Origin: an uncultured virus (IMG/VR IMGVR_UViG_3300008117_000099)
Taxonomy: Duplodnaviria > Heunggongvirae > Uroviricota > Caudoviricetes
Direction: 5' to 3' (one strand)
DNA: 64,000 bases
IMG/VR virus record: IMGVR_UViG_3300008117_000099
The number at the start of each line of letters is the position of its first letter. Position 1 is the stretch's first letter. Below are positions 27,990 through 38,270 of the stretch, piece after piece. Made by a program: the position numbers and the translations under genes. The notes beneath the pieces were generated by a model, which saw nothing but the letters and a program-made list of their open reading frames with translations, was not told the origin of the DNA and searched no databases.

Positions 27990-29468
27990 TTAGGCTGTCA
28001 CAGTAACGGTGGCTCCACCGTCAAACTGACCAATTCTAATGATTACGAATTCAGCTGGACGTTGCAACGCAACACCAACCTCAAGAATAACCTTGCCTTC
28101 ATCAATGACTGCAAGGGTATTTAGCTCATCGTCGCACTTGACGAAGAACGCGTCTGCTGGAGTATCTCCACGGAGACCGCCCTGGCGCCAGTAATCGGTT
28201 AGCCAAGCAGATGCGGTAGCAATCAAGCTACGCCACAAGACAGCGTCGTTTGGCTCAAAGATTGCATACTCTGTAAGGTCTGTTAGAGACTTACGAATCT
28301 GAATAAGTGAGCGACGAACTGGGATGTAACGGTCTGCGTATCCAGCCTTAAGAGTGCGAGCACCCATAACTACAAAGCCAGAACCAGAAACGTACTTAAT
28401 TGGGTTTACAGGAGCTACAGCAGAGTTCATGTTATCTAGCTCTGCGTTTGTCAAAGTTGCAACTGATACAACGTTTGACAAGCGGCTTCCTAGACCTGCT
28501 GGAGCCTTAAACACGCCACGAGACGCATCAGTAGTTGCGTATAGACCTGCAATTGCTCCACCTGGGTTAGCTACTGTAATAGCTCCAGATGTTGAAACTG
28601 TTGGGTCTGCAATTGTTACTAGTGGGTAGTAAACCGCACCTAGAGAAGTTGCTGTGTATTGAGCAGCTCTTGTAATTTGAGCTGCAGCTGTGTCGTCGAT
28701 TGGGTCAATGATTACAAAGACATCATCGCGGCTTTCAGCATAGGCCAATACAGTGTTTACGTTTGCAGCAGCTGTTAATCCTGGGACGTTCATAACTAGG
28801 GAGTTAAGAACTGTATCAAAAGACGATGTTGCAGCTGCAAGATTGGTGTCTGTTGGAGCTGTTCCATTAGAACCTGATGCCAAAGCTTGGTTTGTAACGT
28901 TTGCTGGTTGAGCAGTAGTTGCTACAGAAGTAGCTGTTACATACTTTGAGCGTGCATTGATAAAGTTAACACCATAGCGGGAATCTGTGGTGCTAGTAAA
29001 TGTTAGGTCTGTAAAGCTCTCTACAATTGTTGCTGTATCTGGATACGCAATTTGTACATCTTTACGACCAGTTACTGCAGAGTTAGAGACTGTTACATAG
29101 ATGTCGTTTCCCCAAACTCCTGGGTTTGCAGCAGTAAGAGTTACGATGTTTGCTGGTGTTCCAGCTCCATCGTTTAGTGTGCGGGTAGCGCTTACAGGGC
29201 TACCTGCGGTAACGCGAAGAACATAGCAAGCAGAGCCGCCATTATCGAAGAACAACTTTACAGCTAACGGAAGTTTGTTATCCCGTACTGTGTTCCAGCT
29301 TCCAAACTTGGATGTGTAATCATTCCAAGATGTTACAAGAGTTGGAACTACTGGGCCTCTGTCATTAGCACCGATAAACGCTGCGTATGTGTCAGAGTTT
29401 GGCCCAACTGAAGGTGGTAGTGCATTGAGGCTTTCCTCAATATACACTCCGGGGCGAAGGTAAGCCAT
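27990..29468 (-). CDS. Tail sheath protein
   Basis: RPGVYIEE, RGVFKAPAG, GARTL, YIPVRR, FEPND, RPAEFVIIRI. Confidence 0.96.
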   Translation of the reverse strand: MAYLRPGVYIEESLNALPPSVGPNSDTYAAFIGANDRGPVVPTLVTSWNDYTSKFGSWNTVRDNKLPLAVKLFFDNGGSACYVLRVTAGSPVSATRTLNDGAGTPANIVTLTAANPGVWGNDIYVTVSNSAVTGRKDVQIAYPDTATIVESFTDLTFTSTTDSRYGVNFINARSKYVTATSVATTAQPANVTNQALASGSNGTAPTDTNLAAATSSFDTVLNSLVMNVPGLTAAANVNTVLAYAESRDDVFVIIDPIDDTAAAQITRAAQYTATSLGAVYYPLVTIADPTVSTSGAITVANPGGAIAGLYATTDASRGVFKAPAGLGSRLSNVVSVATLTNAELDNMNSAVAPVNPIKYVSGSGFVVMGARTLKAGYADRYIPVRRSLIQIRKSLTDLTEYAIFEPNDAVLWRSLIATASAWLTDYWRQGGLRGDTPADAFFVKCDDELNTLAVIDEGKVILEVGVALQRPAEFVIIRIGQFDGGATVTVTA

Positions 29469-29507
29469 TTTTTTATCTCCTTAGATTAATTGGGTTTAGG
29501 CCGAATG

Positions 29508-30125
29508 TTAGATAGCTAATTTGTCCGGTGGGATATGTGTAGTAGTCGGATTAAGTTGAACAGCAGCAACCTTCTTGGTGGTAGCTGTCCCATCGTAGTG
29601 CGGCAACTCGCTTACAACGCGAACAATAAATATGTTGCGAAGTAGTCGTCTGCCATCCTCAACGCCGTCTCTTTTCAGAAACTCGTCAAGAAACATGTGT
29701 CTGTATGCGGTTTCGGTGTTAAGAACATTTCGGACACCAAGTTTTCCATATCTGTTTGGAAACTTCTTGTGCATAATTTCATACATAAGGGCTCGGTCAT
29801 GGCGCGGATGACGAGCGTACGTGCTGACTTGATATACCAAGTCATAGGTTGCTGGGTACTCGTAGCTGTACACGGTGTTGCCAGAGATGGCTACCGTTCC
29901 ATTTTTATCTGAGTCGTAGATAACACCTGAGTGCTGACGCTCAGAAGCAATACGAATATCCATCAAGTCAATTGTAATAAAGGGGAACTTCTGGTCTCTG
30001 AGTTCTACGTCAGGGGTCCCATACCAAACCTGAACAGGTCGAGCGTTTCCACCTTTCTCATCGCTGACGGTAATGCCGCCTAGCCAAGTCTTTAGGGCCG
30101 CGTCTTCTGCAAGAATAAATGTCAT
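29508..30125 (-). CDS. Tail terminator / completion protein
   Basis: FPFITIDL; PATYDLVYQVSTYAR; immediately upstream of the sheath. Confidence 0.65.
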   Translation of the reverse strand: MTFILAEDAALKTWLGGITVSDEKGGNARPVQVWYGTPDVELRDQKFPFITIDLMDIRIASERQHSGVIYDSDKNGTVAISGNTVYSYEYPATYDLVYQVSTYARHPRHDRALMYEIMHKKFPNRYGKLGVRNVLNTETAYRHMFLDEFLKRDGVEDGRRLLRNIFIVRVVSELPHYDGTATTKKVAAVQLNPTTTHIPPDKLAI

Positions 30126-30442
30126 AGAAGCACGTCCTCACTAAAGATAAAGTTAACGTATTCGGCTTGAACTTCCTCGGCGACTACCTCGTCGATAAGT
30201 TCGTCAATTCTGCGTAGTACCCAAGATGGCGGTGTTGTTAAAGTACCAAACTCTAGATTTTCAATCTCTTCAGTTAGGTTAGCTGGATAGTAAACGCCAA
30301 TAGCAGTACGAGTCGTTACAAGACTAATCTGAGAGGTGACTTCTTTTGGCCAACCAGAAGACTCAAGAATGTTTTGGACCTTGGGCTCTAGGATTCTTTT
30401 GGCTCTAAAGAGCGCTGATGAAAATGCTTTAGATGTGTTCAC
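30122..30442 (-). CDS. Hypothetical neck/tail completion protein
   Basis: NLEFGT motif resembling HK97 gp10-like proteins; position. Confidence 0.5.
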   Translation of the reverse strand: MNTSKAFSSALFRAKRILEPKVQNILESSGWPKEVTSQISLVTTRTAIGVYYPANLTEEIENLEFGTLTTPPSWVLRRIDELIDEVVAEEVQAEYVNFIFSEDVLL

Positions 30443-30576
30443 TTAAAGTACTTTCGCCAGAGGTAGCCCGCTGCTATGATTCCTAGAACCTTTTTACTAT
30501 CACCTTTGCCAGGCAAGGTCTTTGAGATTTCACGGTAGAACTCTTGCGGTTTGGCCGCATCGACTTTCTTTTCCAT
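30439..30576 (-). CDS. Small hypothetical protein (45 aa)
   Basis: MEKKVDAAKPQEFY...; SD GAGGAG. Confidence 0.6.
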   Translation of the reverse strand: MEKKVDAAKPQEFYREISKTLPGKGDSKKVLGIIAAGYLWRKYFK

Positions 30577-30656
30577 GGCAAATCTCCTCAGGAATACGCA
30601 GACTACTTAGCAAAGGTACAGCTTTGATTCCCGCATGGAATCGCCTCAATGGTAAA

Positions 30657-30681
30657 GCAAAAGGCCCCCTTTCGGGGGCCT
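30657..30681 (-). terminator. Intrinsic terminator
   Basis: AGGCCCCC-GAAA-GGGGGCCU followed by UUUGCUUU. Confidence 0.75.
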
Positions 30682-30686
30682 AAGCG

Positions 30687-30956
30687 TTACTTCTTTTTAT
30701 TCTTTTTTTCTTTCTTGTCCTCGGCCTTTTCGCCCTTCTTGCCTTCCTTGGCTTCGTGGCGCTTTTCCTTAGACTTAATCTTCTTTACGATTTTCTCGTC
30801 AATTTTGCGGTCGGCGGTTTGGGTTTCGGGCTTGTTACGCTTTCCGTGGGCTTTGTCCATTTTCTCGAACTTAGCCTTTTCCTCTTTGTCCAACCCCTTA
30901 GTAGTTTTGGCGTCTTGCTTCTTATCGTTCTTTTCGTTATAAGGCATACGCTTCAT
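30687..30956 (-). CDS. Lys-rich small basic protein
   Basis: ORF with extreme Lys/Glu bias. Confidence 0.65.
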   Translation of the reverse strand: MKRMPYNEKNDKKQDAKTTKGLDKEEKAKFEKMDKAHGKRNKPETQTADRKIDEKIVKKIKSKEKRHEAKEGKKGEKAEDKKEKKNKKK

Positions 30957-31081
30957 TACTTCTTGTCCTTCTTCTTAACCGCAGCTTTCTTCTTGGCCTT
31001 AGCAAACTTGTCATTTGCCGCCTTCAAGGTCTTCATTCCATGCTTGTCTTTTGGCTTGCCGCATCCGCATGTAGCGCACAT
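30956..31081 (-). CDS. Small basic protein MCATCGCGKP... (41 aa)
   Basis: TAATG coupling at both ends. Confidence 0.6.
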   Translation of the reverse strand: MCATCGCGKPKDKHGMKTLKAANDKFAKAKKKAAVKKKDKK

Positions 31082-31248
31082 TATTTGCCCTGCTTTCTAT
31101 AGCTAATTGTTGCCTTGGGTTTGCGGATGATTCCGCCTTTTTTCTTACGTGTCTTTGCTCCACCGGACTCGTACTTGCTTCCAGTTAGAGACACCTTGAT
31201 GTTCTTGTATGGGTCCTTGCCAGCGGTCTGGCCAATGCGCTTCTTCAT
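31081..31248 (-). CDS. Small basic protein (55 aa)
   Basis: MKKRIGQTAGKDPYKNIK...; SD AAGGAG. Confidence 0.6.
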   Translation of the reverse strand: MKKRIGQTAGKDPYKNIKVSLTGSKYESGGAKTRKKKGGIIRKPKATISYRKQGK

Positions 31249-31260
31249 TTGGTTTTCTCC

Positions 31261-31548
31261 TTAGCTAATAACCGAAGAGTATAAAATGCTTACTGCGTTA
31301 GCTGATGTGGGAGTTGCAGCTACTGCGTATAGCTGGTCTTCAGCGTTTAAGTTAAATGTGTATACAGAATCTTTTTTAATAGGAAGGCCCTTGTCAGCTC
31401 CTGAAGAGGTTACTGTGGCATCTCCAACATAGACGGCGTTGTTGTCGTCGTTGATGATTTGAACCGATGTAGTCGGGTTACCTTCTGGGATAGATATGAG
31501 TACAGTTGGGGTTGTTCCAATTGTAAATGATTGATGAACTAGCGCCAT
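31261..31548 (-). CDS. Hypothetical beta-rich virion protein
   Basis: VQIIND...VYVGD.TVT; SD AGGAGG. Confidence 0.6.
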   Translation of the reverse strand: MALVHQSFTIGTTPTVLISIPEGNPTTSVQIINDDNNAVYVGDATVTSSGADKGLPIKKDSVYTFNLNAEDQLYAVAATPTSANAVSILYSSVIS

Positions 31549-31556
31549 GGTTCCTC

Positions 31557-32090
31557 CTAGGCTTGGGCATACGCCAAGAACTGAGCATCATTGACGAGCT
31601 CATCTGGCATTACCTGTAGTAAGTTGATTGTCACAATGGTGTGACGGTTGGCTAATTGCCCAGCCTGTTGTGTTTGTGTTGGGCGGTATACCTGGTCTTT
31701 CCAGACCACACGGTAACGGTTTACGTTATCAATGATTGGTTTAATAAAACCACGTTCGCTAAATAGCTCGGGGCTTACTTCTCGTAGGTCATCCACGTTA
31801 AGGGTCAGGTGGAGAACGTCGGCGTTGTAGAAACCGCGTTCGTTGATAAGAGAAGAGCCTTGAGTAACAGATGCACGGACAATGTTAATAGTCTTAGGTC
31901 CAGTCCAAACACGGCCAGAGCCAACCGGCTCTACATCGTAGATTGGGTCTTTAGCAGAACCTGCAACGTTATACGTCCACCATTGAGCAGAGGTACCTGC
32001 GGGATTAGTAAGGTCGGCTGTTATGCCATCGCCTACTGAGTTCAACTCAAAGTCTGAGGTGAATCTTCCGCCAGGTGCGCTTGCTCTCAT
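31557..32090 (-). CDS. Probable head closure / neck protein
   Basis: DPIYD; ERGFY; RVVWKDQVY; position between head and tail genes. Confidence 0.55.
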   Translation of the reverse strand: MRASAPGGRFTSDFELNSVGDGITADLTNPAGTSAQWWTYNVAGSAKDPIYDVEPVGSGRVWTGPKTINIVRASVTQGSSLINERGFYNADVLHLTLNVDDLREVSPELFSERGFIKPIIDNVNRYRVVWKDQVYRPTQTQQAGQLANRHTIVTINLLQVMPDELVNDAQFLAYAQA

Positions 32091-32332
32091 TCCTCTATTG
32101 TAGGAGTAATCTCTACGTTTAGAGAGGCAAGCTCGCGGGAATGGAAGTCCAAAGCCTGCTCTACAGCCTTGATAGCCTCGCCGTACTTCTTAGTGTCTTC
32201 CTCATTGCCAAGTTCAATAGCGTACTTGTGGTTAAGCACGATGTTGTAACCTTCTTGTGCAAGCTTAGCAATTCGAGATTTAATGATTGCTGCTTTTGAT
32301 TCTGAAGTTACTAGTGCGTCAATGTGTGACAT
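32087..32332 (-). CDS. Hypothetical helical protein
   Basis: ORF with SD AAGGAG. Confidence 0.55.
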   Translation of the reverse strand: MSHIDALVTSESKAAIIKSRIAKLAQEGYNIVLNHKYAIELGNEEDTKKYGEAIKAVEQALDFHSRELASLNVEITPTIEE

Positions 32333-32345
32333 GTATTTCTCCTTT

Positions 32346-33215
32346 TTACTGTAAGTACCTTAATATTACTACTCCGTCACCACCGTGACCACCACGTGTG
32401 CTGCCATCTCCAAGTCCGCCACCGCCACCACCTGCGCCAAGACCATCAGTTCCTTTACCGCCAGTGAAGCCATCACGAACTCCATTACCTCCGCCACCAG
32501 CACCGCCTACGTTAGGTGCGTTGTTAGAGTGAGAACCGCCACCACCGCCACCAGCATAAGTTACTGAAGTTCCAGAAAGTGAGTTAGATAATCCATCCCC
32601 ACCTTTACCAGCAATTCCTCCAGGCACAGCGTTACCACCAGCTTGACCGGCACCGCCACCACCACCGTGACTGTACGTACCAATTGCTCCTGTGCCGCCA
32701 TTGTTACCTTGACCAGCAATTCCAGTACCTCCTGGTTGTTGTGGGCCCGAGTCTCCCATAGAAGAGCCTCCACCAGAACCACCAGCAATACCTGGTCGTG
32801 CTAAATATCCAGCTGGGTCATTTCTGGAAGCTCCTCCCCCGCCACCTGTAGAGGTAATGCTAAACGCAGAACTGTTGCCGCCATTATCACCAGCAGGTAT
32901 AGATGTACTATTAACACCAAGTCCAAAACCACCTACGACAATAGAGTACGGCCCTGAGGTTACGCTTACTGTTCCAGTGCGCATTCCGCCAGCTCCACCG
33001 CCACCGCCAAACATCCCACCGCCACCGCCACCTGCAACAATTAAATATTCAACGGAACCAGTACCGCCAGATGCAACTATGTTAGTTGTACCAGCTGGAA
33101 AAGTGTGAACAAAATATGCGCCAGATACAGTTCGCGTTCCACCTGCAAGGTTGAACCTAGCGCCAAATCTACCTTGACCCCCAAAAGAGCCTCTTACTGT
33201 TGAAACAATAGGCAT
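32346..33215 (-). CDS. Glycine-rich fibre-tip protein
   Basis: VHTF...VEYLIVAGGGGGG...GGGGAGG...GVVILRY. Confidence 0.75.
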   Translation of the reverse strand: MPIVSTVRGSFGGQGRFGARFNLAGGTRTVSGAYFVHTFPAGTTNIVASGGTGSVEYLIVAGGGGGGMFGGGGGAGGMRTGTVSVTSGPYSIVVGGFGLGVNSTSIPAGDNGGNSSAFSITSTGGGGGASRNDPAGYLARPGIAGGSGGGSSMGDSGPQQPGGTGIAGQGNNGGTGAIGTYSHGGGGGAGQAGGNAVPGGIAGKGGDGLSNSLSGTSVTYAGGGGGGSHSNNAPNVGGAGGGGNGVRDGFTGGKGTDGLGAGGGGGGLGDGSTRGGHGGDGVVILRYLQ

Positions 33216-33224
33216 AAGAGCTCC

Positions 33225-35060
33225 TTAGAAGTTAAGTGATGATGCGCCGTATACGAGCCAAGCCCCGCCTGATGTACGCTGCATGGTAAATGAGAATATA
33301 TCAATCTTACCAGCAGATGATGTAGGAGTTGGCGCGTTCCCTCCAGCCCATTTAATTGTTTGACTTGAGCCTGCAATTTGGAAAGTAGAAGGGATATAAC
33401 CAGTTGAACCTTGGGTTACAAAAACGTTGATAGTCATAATACGTGAAGCTGTGGTTGGAACGTTAGTTACATTAAAAGTCATAGCAGCAGAAGGTGCGGT
33501 AGCAATGTAGTAAACGTTACCTGCAGTCCAGTCTAGAGTTGCTACGTTAGAAGTTAGGGTTACATCTACAACAGTTTCAGAAACTTCTTGTAGTTGTACG
33601 TTACCTGTAAACGCCGCACCTGATAGGGCTGCATATGAAGCAGCAGCTGCCTTAGCGTCAAGCTGTGTTTGAATGTTAGATGAAACTCCGTTTAGGTATC
33701 CAATCTCTGTAGCGTCTACATCACCAATAACCGTAGTGCTTGGAAGCACAACGTTACCTGTAAATGTAGGTGATGCCAAAGGTGACTTAGCATTAATTTG
33801 AGTTTGAATAGCAGATGTGACGCCCGACAAGTATCCAATTTCAGTATTTGTTACTGAACCAATTTCAGCTCCACCAGCTTTAATAGTTGCGTAAGTAAGC
33901 CCAGCTTCTGAGAAGTTAACAGAGCTAGTTGGTTTAGTTGTGGCATCTTTAAAGAATTTAATTACACCATCAGAAGCATCACGAGTAGCTCCAGCAAATC
34001 TGCGTTTAGTTGATGCAGAGGTAGTTCCTACTGGGTTTACAGCAGCTGAAGTTACGTTTGCATTTGTTTTAGCGAATGTAAAAGTTGTGGTTGTTGGAAC
34101 GCTTGCTACGACATGTGTACCATTGAATACGGCATCAACTCCGCCAACAGTAATAATATCGCCTACTGCTAAAGAGTGAGTTGTTCCAGTAGTTAAAGTA
34201 GCAACGTTGCTGGTTAATGCTTTATTTGTAACAGTGTTGGTTAGAGTTGAAGCTAAAGCGGTTCCGTACTCTGCAATAAGACCAAGGTCAACAGCGTCTG
34301 TAGTATTGCCGTTACCTACGAAAATAAGTGGGTCAGCGACTGCAAGAGTAGAGGTCTCTAGGCTAGTTCCTGCGCCACCAAATGTTACGTTACCAGCAAT
34401 GTTAATATCGCCTTGGATACCAACGCCACCAACAACAGTCAACGCTCCAGTAGAAGGAGATGTAGAAGCTGTAGGAATTTCAATATGTACATTTACGCCA
34501 GGAATGATTTCCATTTGAGTATCACCAGTAGCAAAACCACCAGCGGCAAAAATAATCTTGTTATCTTCACCAGCATCACCAGTTGCTAATACAAGGTTAC
34601 CCTTACGTCCAGTACCAGGCTTTGTATTGTGGAAGATGTACCCATCGCCAGGGCCAGTAATTCCGTAAGTGGCGTCATTAAAAGCAGAGCCGGTAATACC
34701 CATGCCAACCCAACCTTCAGAGTCATCGCCGTTGTTCATATAAGCAATGATGTCTGTAGAAGAGGTGGCAGTTTCGTTTCTGAAAGCTAGTTGAGCAAAT
34801 GAGTTAGCACCACCCGCTTTGCTAAAAATAGCAATTGGGTCTGTTAAGCTACCAGTGTCTTCAAAGTTATTGGCGTTTGCACCTACATAAAGGATGTCAG
34901 TAACAGTGGCTTCAGCAAAGTTGCCAGCGGTACCTTCGGCATTAGCAAGGGCCTCAATAGCCTTAGAGACGTAGACAAGGTCTTTGGCGCTGTACTGGGA
35001 TGCAGATAGGCCCGAGTTAATCTCGGCCTTGATATTGGTAATCTCAGTTGTAAATGGCAT
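33225..35060 (-). CDS. Fibre protein, paralog 3
   Basis: Shares GWxxMGIT, NKALTS repeat, RDASDGVIK and TEIGYL.GVTSAIQTQ with 35929 and 39574. Confidence 0.75.
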   Translation of the reverse strand: MPFTTEITNIKAEINSGLSASQYSAKDLVYVSKAIEALANAEGTAGNFAEATVTDILYVGANANNFEDTGSLTDPIAIFSKAGGANSFAQLAFRNETATSSTDIIAYMNNGDDSEGWVGMGITGSAFNDATYGITGPGDGYIFHNTKPGTGRKGNLVLATGDAGEDNKIIFAAGGFATGDTQMEIIPGVNVHIEIPTASTSPSTGALTVVGGVGIQGDINIAGNVTFGGAGTSLETSTLAVADPLIFVGNGNTTDAVDLGLIAEYGTALASTLTNTVTNKALTSNVATLTTGTTHSLAVGDIITVGGVDAVFNGTHVVASVPTTTTFTFAKTNANVTSAAVNPVGTTSASTKRRFAGATRDASDGVIKFFKDATTKPTSSVNFSEAGLTYATIKAGGAEIGSVTNTEIGYLSGVTSAIQTQINAKSPLASPTFTGNVVLPSTTVIGDVDATEIGYLNGVSSNIQTQLDAKAAAASYAALSGAAFTGNVQLQEVSETVVDVTLTSNVATLDWTAGNVYYIATAPSAAMTFNVTNVPTTASRIMTINVFVTQGSTGYIPSTFQIAGSSQTIKWAGGNAPTPTSSAGKIDIFSFTMQRTSGGAWLVYGASSLNF

Positions 35061-35081
35061 ATTGGGTCTCCTCGGCTTTTA

Positions 35082-35213
35082 TTATACGCCCACGTTGAGC
35101 TGTAGGTCCTCTATATCTCCCTGAATTTCAACAATTGTTGCATTCACGGTATCTATATCAGACTGGCTGGCTGGCAAGAACGCTACTAGTCGGTTGCTTA
35201 GATATCCTGGCAT
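35082..35213 (-). CDS. Small adaptor-like protein (43 aa)
   Basis: MPGYLSNRLVAFLP...DLQLNVGV; SD GAGAGG; C-terminus resembles LELGLGI of 41445. Confidence 0.6.
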   Translation of the reverse strand: MPGYLSNRLVAFLPASQSDIDTVNATIVEIQGDIEDLQLNVGV

Positions 35214-35225
35214 GTTAACCTCTCG

Positions 35226-35927
35226 TTAAATCTGAACATTGTTTAGGAAATCCCAGCCAACAACGTAGCCTCCGCAGCAGTCTCCGCCATCAGAACAGTT
35301 ATCTCCAACATACACACGTATATTTGTATCTGTTCCATTACTTCTTGTAAGAACATGTCGTGCAACTCTTGGGAAGTGACCTGATACACCGCCGGTATCT
35401 CTCATGCGCCAATACCTATGGGTACCGTAACTTCCACCACCGCCGCTTCCAGTAAGCAACCCACATTGATTACCAAAGTTAGAGGCTAAACCGCTCCAAG
35501 CTTGAGTCCAAGATGAGTTATCGTCGCTCCACTCAACCACGTAGTTTGCTGAGCGTAATCCTCCGTTGTAAACTGAATAAAACTTATAATTGGTAATTGC
35601 AGCTCCTACAACCGTAGCAGTTACGCTATTAGAAGCAGAACTATTTGGTCCATTTCCAAAAGCATTTGTTGCGTAAACAGTAAATGTGTAAGAAGTTCCA
35701 CCAGTAAGACCTGAAACTGTAATGCTTCCACTTCCTGCTTGAGAAAGCGTTCCTGTAATTCCACCAGGGCTAGACACAGCAGTGTAGGAAGTAATGGTCG
35801 AGCCACCATTATCTGTTGGAGCCGTATATGGAACTGTTGCAGTAGTGCCGCTAATTGTTGCAGTTCCAATAGTTGGAGCTCCAGGAACCCCTACTGCACT
35901 AGATATAACTCCAGATAAAATCGGCAT
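35226..35927 (-). CDS. FN3 + discoidin-like tip protein
   Basis: PGAPTIG...DNGGSTITSY...YTFTVYATNAFGNG; VEWSDDNSSW...HRYWRM. Confidence 0.75.
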   Translation of the reverse strand: MPILSGVISSAVGVPGAPTIGTATISGTTATVPYTAPTDNGGSTITSYTAVSSPGGITGTLSQAGSGSITVSGLTGGTSYTFTVYATNAFGNGPNSSASNSVTATVVGAAITNYKFYSVYNGGLRSANYVVEWSDDNSSWTQAWSGLASNFGNQCGLLTGSGGGGSYGTHRYWRMRDTGGVSGHFPRVARHVLTRSNGTDTNIRVYVGDNCSDGGDCCGGYVVGWDFLNNVQI

Positions 35928-35928
35928 A

Positions 35929-37845
35929 TTACGCCGCCAAGTTGCCGATAAGAAGGAACGTATTAGTGGCGGTTACAATTACTTGAGCAGAAGCATACTG
36001 TCCATTTAACTTGTATTTAGAGCCTTGAGACTGCAAAGTTCCGCTTGATGCAATAGTAATCTGTCCGCTACCGGTTTGAACAAGAGTAAGTACAGTTCCT
36101 ACAGAGTAGGTACCTGTTGGAATATTTACTGTTCCGGCTGTAGAGCCATTAGAAAGAAGTAGTACCTTATCTTTATCCCCAGATTGAAGAGTGTAAGCAT
36201 TAGAGCTAAATGTAGGAGTTGCTACAGTTTGAAGTAGCGGAGCGTAAGGCGCAATAGCGCTAGATATATCGGCAGTAGTAGCTAAAGTTGCCGTGGCTGC
36301 CGGAAGAGTATATGTGTAAGAACCTGAGGTGATTGTACTTGGTACTGTTACAGTTCCAGTAAATGTTGGAGAAGCAGTTGGTGCTTTAGCATTTAGTTGC
36401 GTTTGAATAGCGGAAGTTACTCCGTCTAGGTATCCAATCTCTGTCGAAGATACATCGCCAACAGTTAGAGAAGAGGCGGTAAGTCCAGCTACACGCATAT
36501 CAGCGTATGCAAGTCCAGCTTCTGAAAAATCAATAGTAGATGTTGGCTTTGTGGTTGCATCTTTAAATGCTTTAATTACACCATCTGAGGCATCACGAGC
36601 AACACCTGCAAACTTACGGCGAGCATTTACTGTAGCTGTTCCTGTTGGAGACACTGCAGCAGAGGTAACGTTAGAAGCAGTTTTGGCGTAAGTAAACGTG
36701 GTTGCTGTTGGTACAGCAATAATATTAAACACGCCGTTAAATGTGGCGTCTACTCCAGTAATAGTTACTACATCTCCAGCTAGATAGTTATGAGCTGCGG
36801 AGGTTGTAAGGGTAGCTACGTTTGAGGTAAGCGCCTTGTTATTAACAGTTGTGGCAATTGGAGATACTGAAGAGGCATACTCACCAATAAAGGCAAGGTC
36901 AACAATATCTGCTTGGTTATTAGTTCCAACAAATACGAATGGGTCTGTAACCGACAAGTTTGCGGTCTCTACAGTGGTGCCCGCTCCACCAAATGTAATA
37001 GTACCTTCAATAGAAACGTCACCAGCAATGTTCATGTCGCCTTGAACACCCACTCCACCAACAACTGTTAGAGCACCAGTTGTAGAAGATGTAGAAGGAG
37101 TGTTAATTTCAATGTGAACATTTACGTCAGGAGTAATCTCCATCTGTGTGGTTCCTGAAGAATAACCACCAGCGGCAAAAACAATCTTGTTTTCTGTACC
37201 GTTATCTCCAGTTGCTATAACAAGATTTCCAGCTCCGGTTGTTCCCGCAGGAGCAGACATAAAAATATAGCCATCATGAGGTCCAGTGATTCCATAGGTA
37301 GCGGAGTTAAATGTTGCGCCGGTAATACCCATGTCAATCCAGCCATCGGAGTCTGTTCCGTTGTTGGCGTAGGCAATTACGTCAGTTGAAGATGAGGCTG
37401 TAGCGTTATGTACAGCAAGCTGACCATAAGAGTTGATAGCGCTTGTAATGTTAAATACAGCCATTGCGCTGGTAAGAGCGGCTGAGGTGTTAAACGATAA
37501 AGCACCGGCTCCTACATAGATTGTAGTTAGCTCAAGAGAAGTAAATGTAGGGGAGTTAGTCCATGAAGCTGTAGAGCCGTTAGTTGTTAAAACTTTGCCT
37601 GAGTTGCTTGCCTGAGAAGGCAAAGAGTTAATAAGTTGGTTGGCAGGAACTTGGGCGTTTCCATCAAGACTAGCTACACCGTTTGCAGAACCCTTAAGGT
37701 CAAGGAGATTAACTCCCTCTGATACTGAAATAGCGGTCTGTACCGCTTTGGTAAGAAGGAGGTAATCCTGGGCACTGAGGCTGACAGAGGCAGTGTTCAG
37801 CTTAGCCTGAAGCGCGGCGTCAAACGTTGTTAGGGTAAACGGCAT
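35929..37845 (-). CDS. Fibre protein, paralog 2
   Basis: GSANGVASLD; shared core; distinct C-terminal YTLQSGD domain. Confidence 0.75.
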   Translation of the reverse strand: MPFTLTTFDAALQAKLNTASVSLSAQDYLLLTKAVQTAISVSEGVNLLDLKGSANGVASLDGNAQVPANQLINSLPSQASNSGKVLTTNGSTASWTNSPTFTSLELTTIYVGAGALSFNTSAALTSAMAVFNITSAINSYGQLAVHNATASSSTDVIAYANNGTDSDGWIDMGITGATFNSATYGITGPHDGYIFMSAPAGTTGAGNLVIATGDNGTENKIVFAAGGYSSGTTQMEITPDVNVHIEINTPSTSSTTGALTVVGGVGVQGDMNIAGDVSIEGTITFGGAGTTVETANLSVTDPFVFVGTNNQADIVDLAFIGEYASSVSPIATTVNNKALTSNVATLTTSAAHNYLAGDVVTITGVDATFNGVFNIIAVPTATTFTYAKTASNVTSAAVSPTGTATVNARRKFAGVARDASDGVIKAFKDATTKPTSTIDFSEAGLAYADMRVAGLTASSLTVGDVSSTEIGYLDGVTSAIQTQLNAKAPTASPTFTGTVTVPSTITSGSYTYTLPAATATLATTADISSAIAPYAPLLQTVATPTFSSNAYTLQSGDKDKVLLLSNGSTAGTVNIPTGTYSVGTVLTLVQTGSGQITIASSGTLQSQGSKYKLNGQYASAQVIVTATNTFLLIGNLAA

Positions 37846-37871
37846 CTAAGTTCTCCTTCGGTCTATCCTGA

Positions 37872-38270
37872 TTATAGGTCAATGAGACCGTAAATAATTG
37901 CTGTATTGGCAAGAGCCAATACGGTCTCGTACTCCGTCCCTGAGACGTTAGTGTTATCAATACCTGAAAGGGTAAAGGAAATATCTGCGGTTGAGGCTCT
38001 TACGTAAACTTTATCGTTAGGGGTCACTGGAAAGCGAAAAGTCTCAAGAGAGTTGTTGCCCTCAACAGGAGAGTTGTAGGCAATAGTTGCATGATTGGCG
38101 GGAGCAGCGTCTTGTCCAAATGGCACAACCCATACACGGATAGTTGCGGCTGTAGAAGACTTATTGGTAGCAATAATTGAGGCCAAAGCATCACGAGAGC
38201 CAGAACGTGTATAGATGAGGGTATCTGTAGTAGCGCTGGGATTAGATACTGCGAGTCTTGAGATTGCCAC
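37872..38270 (-). CDS. Fibre adaptor-like protein, paralog of 41445
   Basis: IATNK..AATIRVWVVP...VYVRASTADISF. Confidence 0.65.
   Translation of the reverse strand: MAISRLAVSNPSATTDTLIYTRSGSRDALASIIATNKSSTAATIRVWVVPFGQDAAPANHATIAYNSPVEGNNSLETFRFPVTPNDKVYVRASTADISFTLSGIDNTNVSGTEYETVLALANTAIIYGLIDL

Noticed and set aside
18498..30125. Bacterial eCIS or tailocin locus
   Set aside because: Capsid, portal, terminase and replication genes show a complete phage
30580..30650. Leader with GAUUCC/GGAAUC hairpin as a riboswitch
   Set aside because: Single short hairpin with no recognisable aptamer
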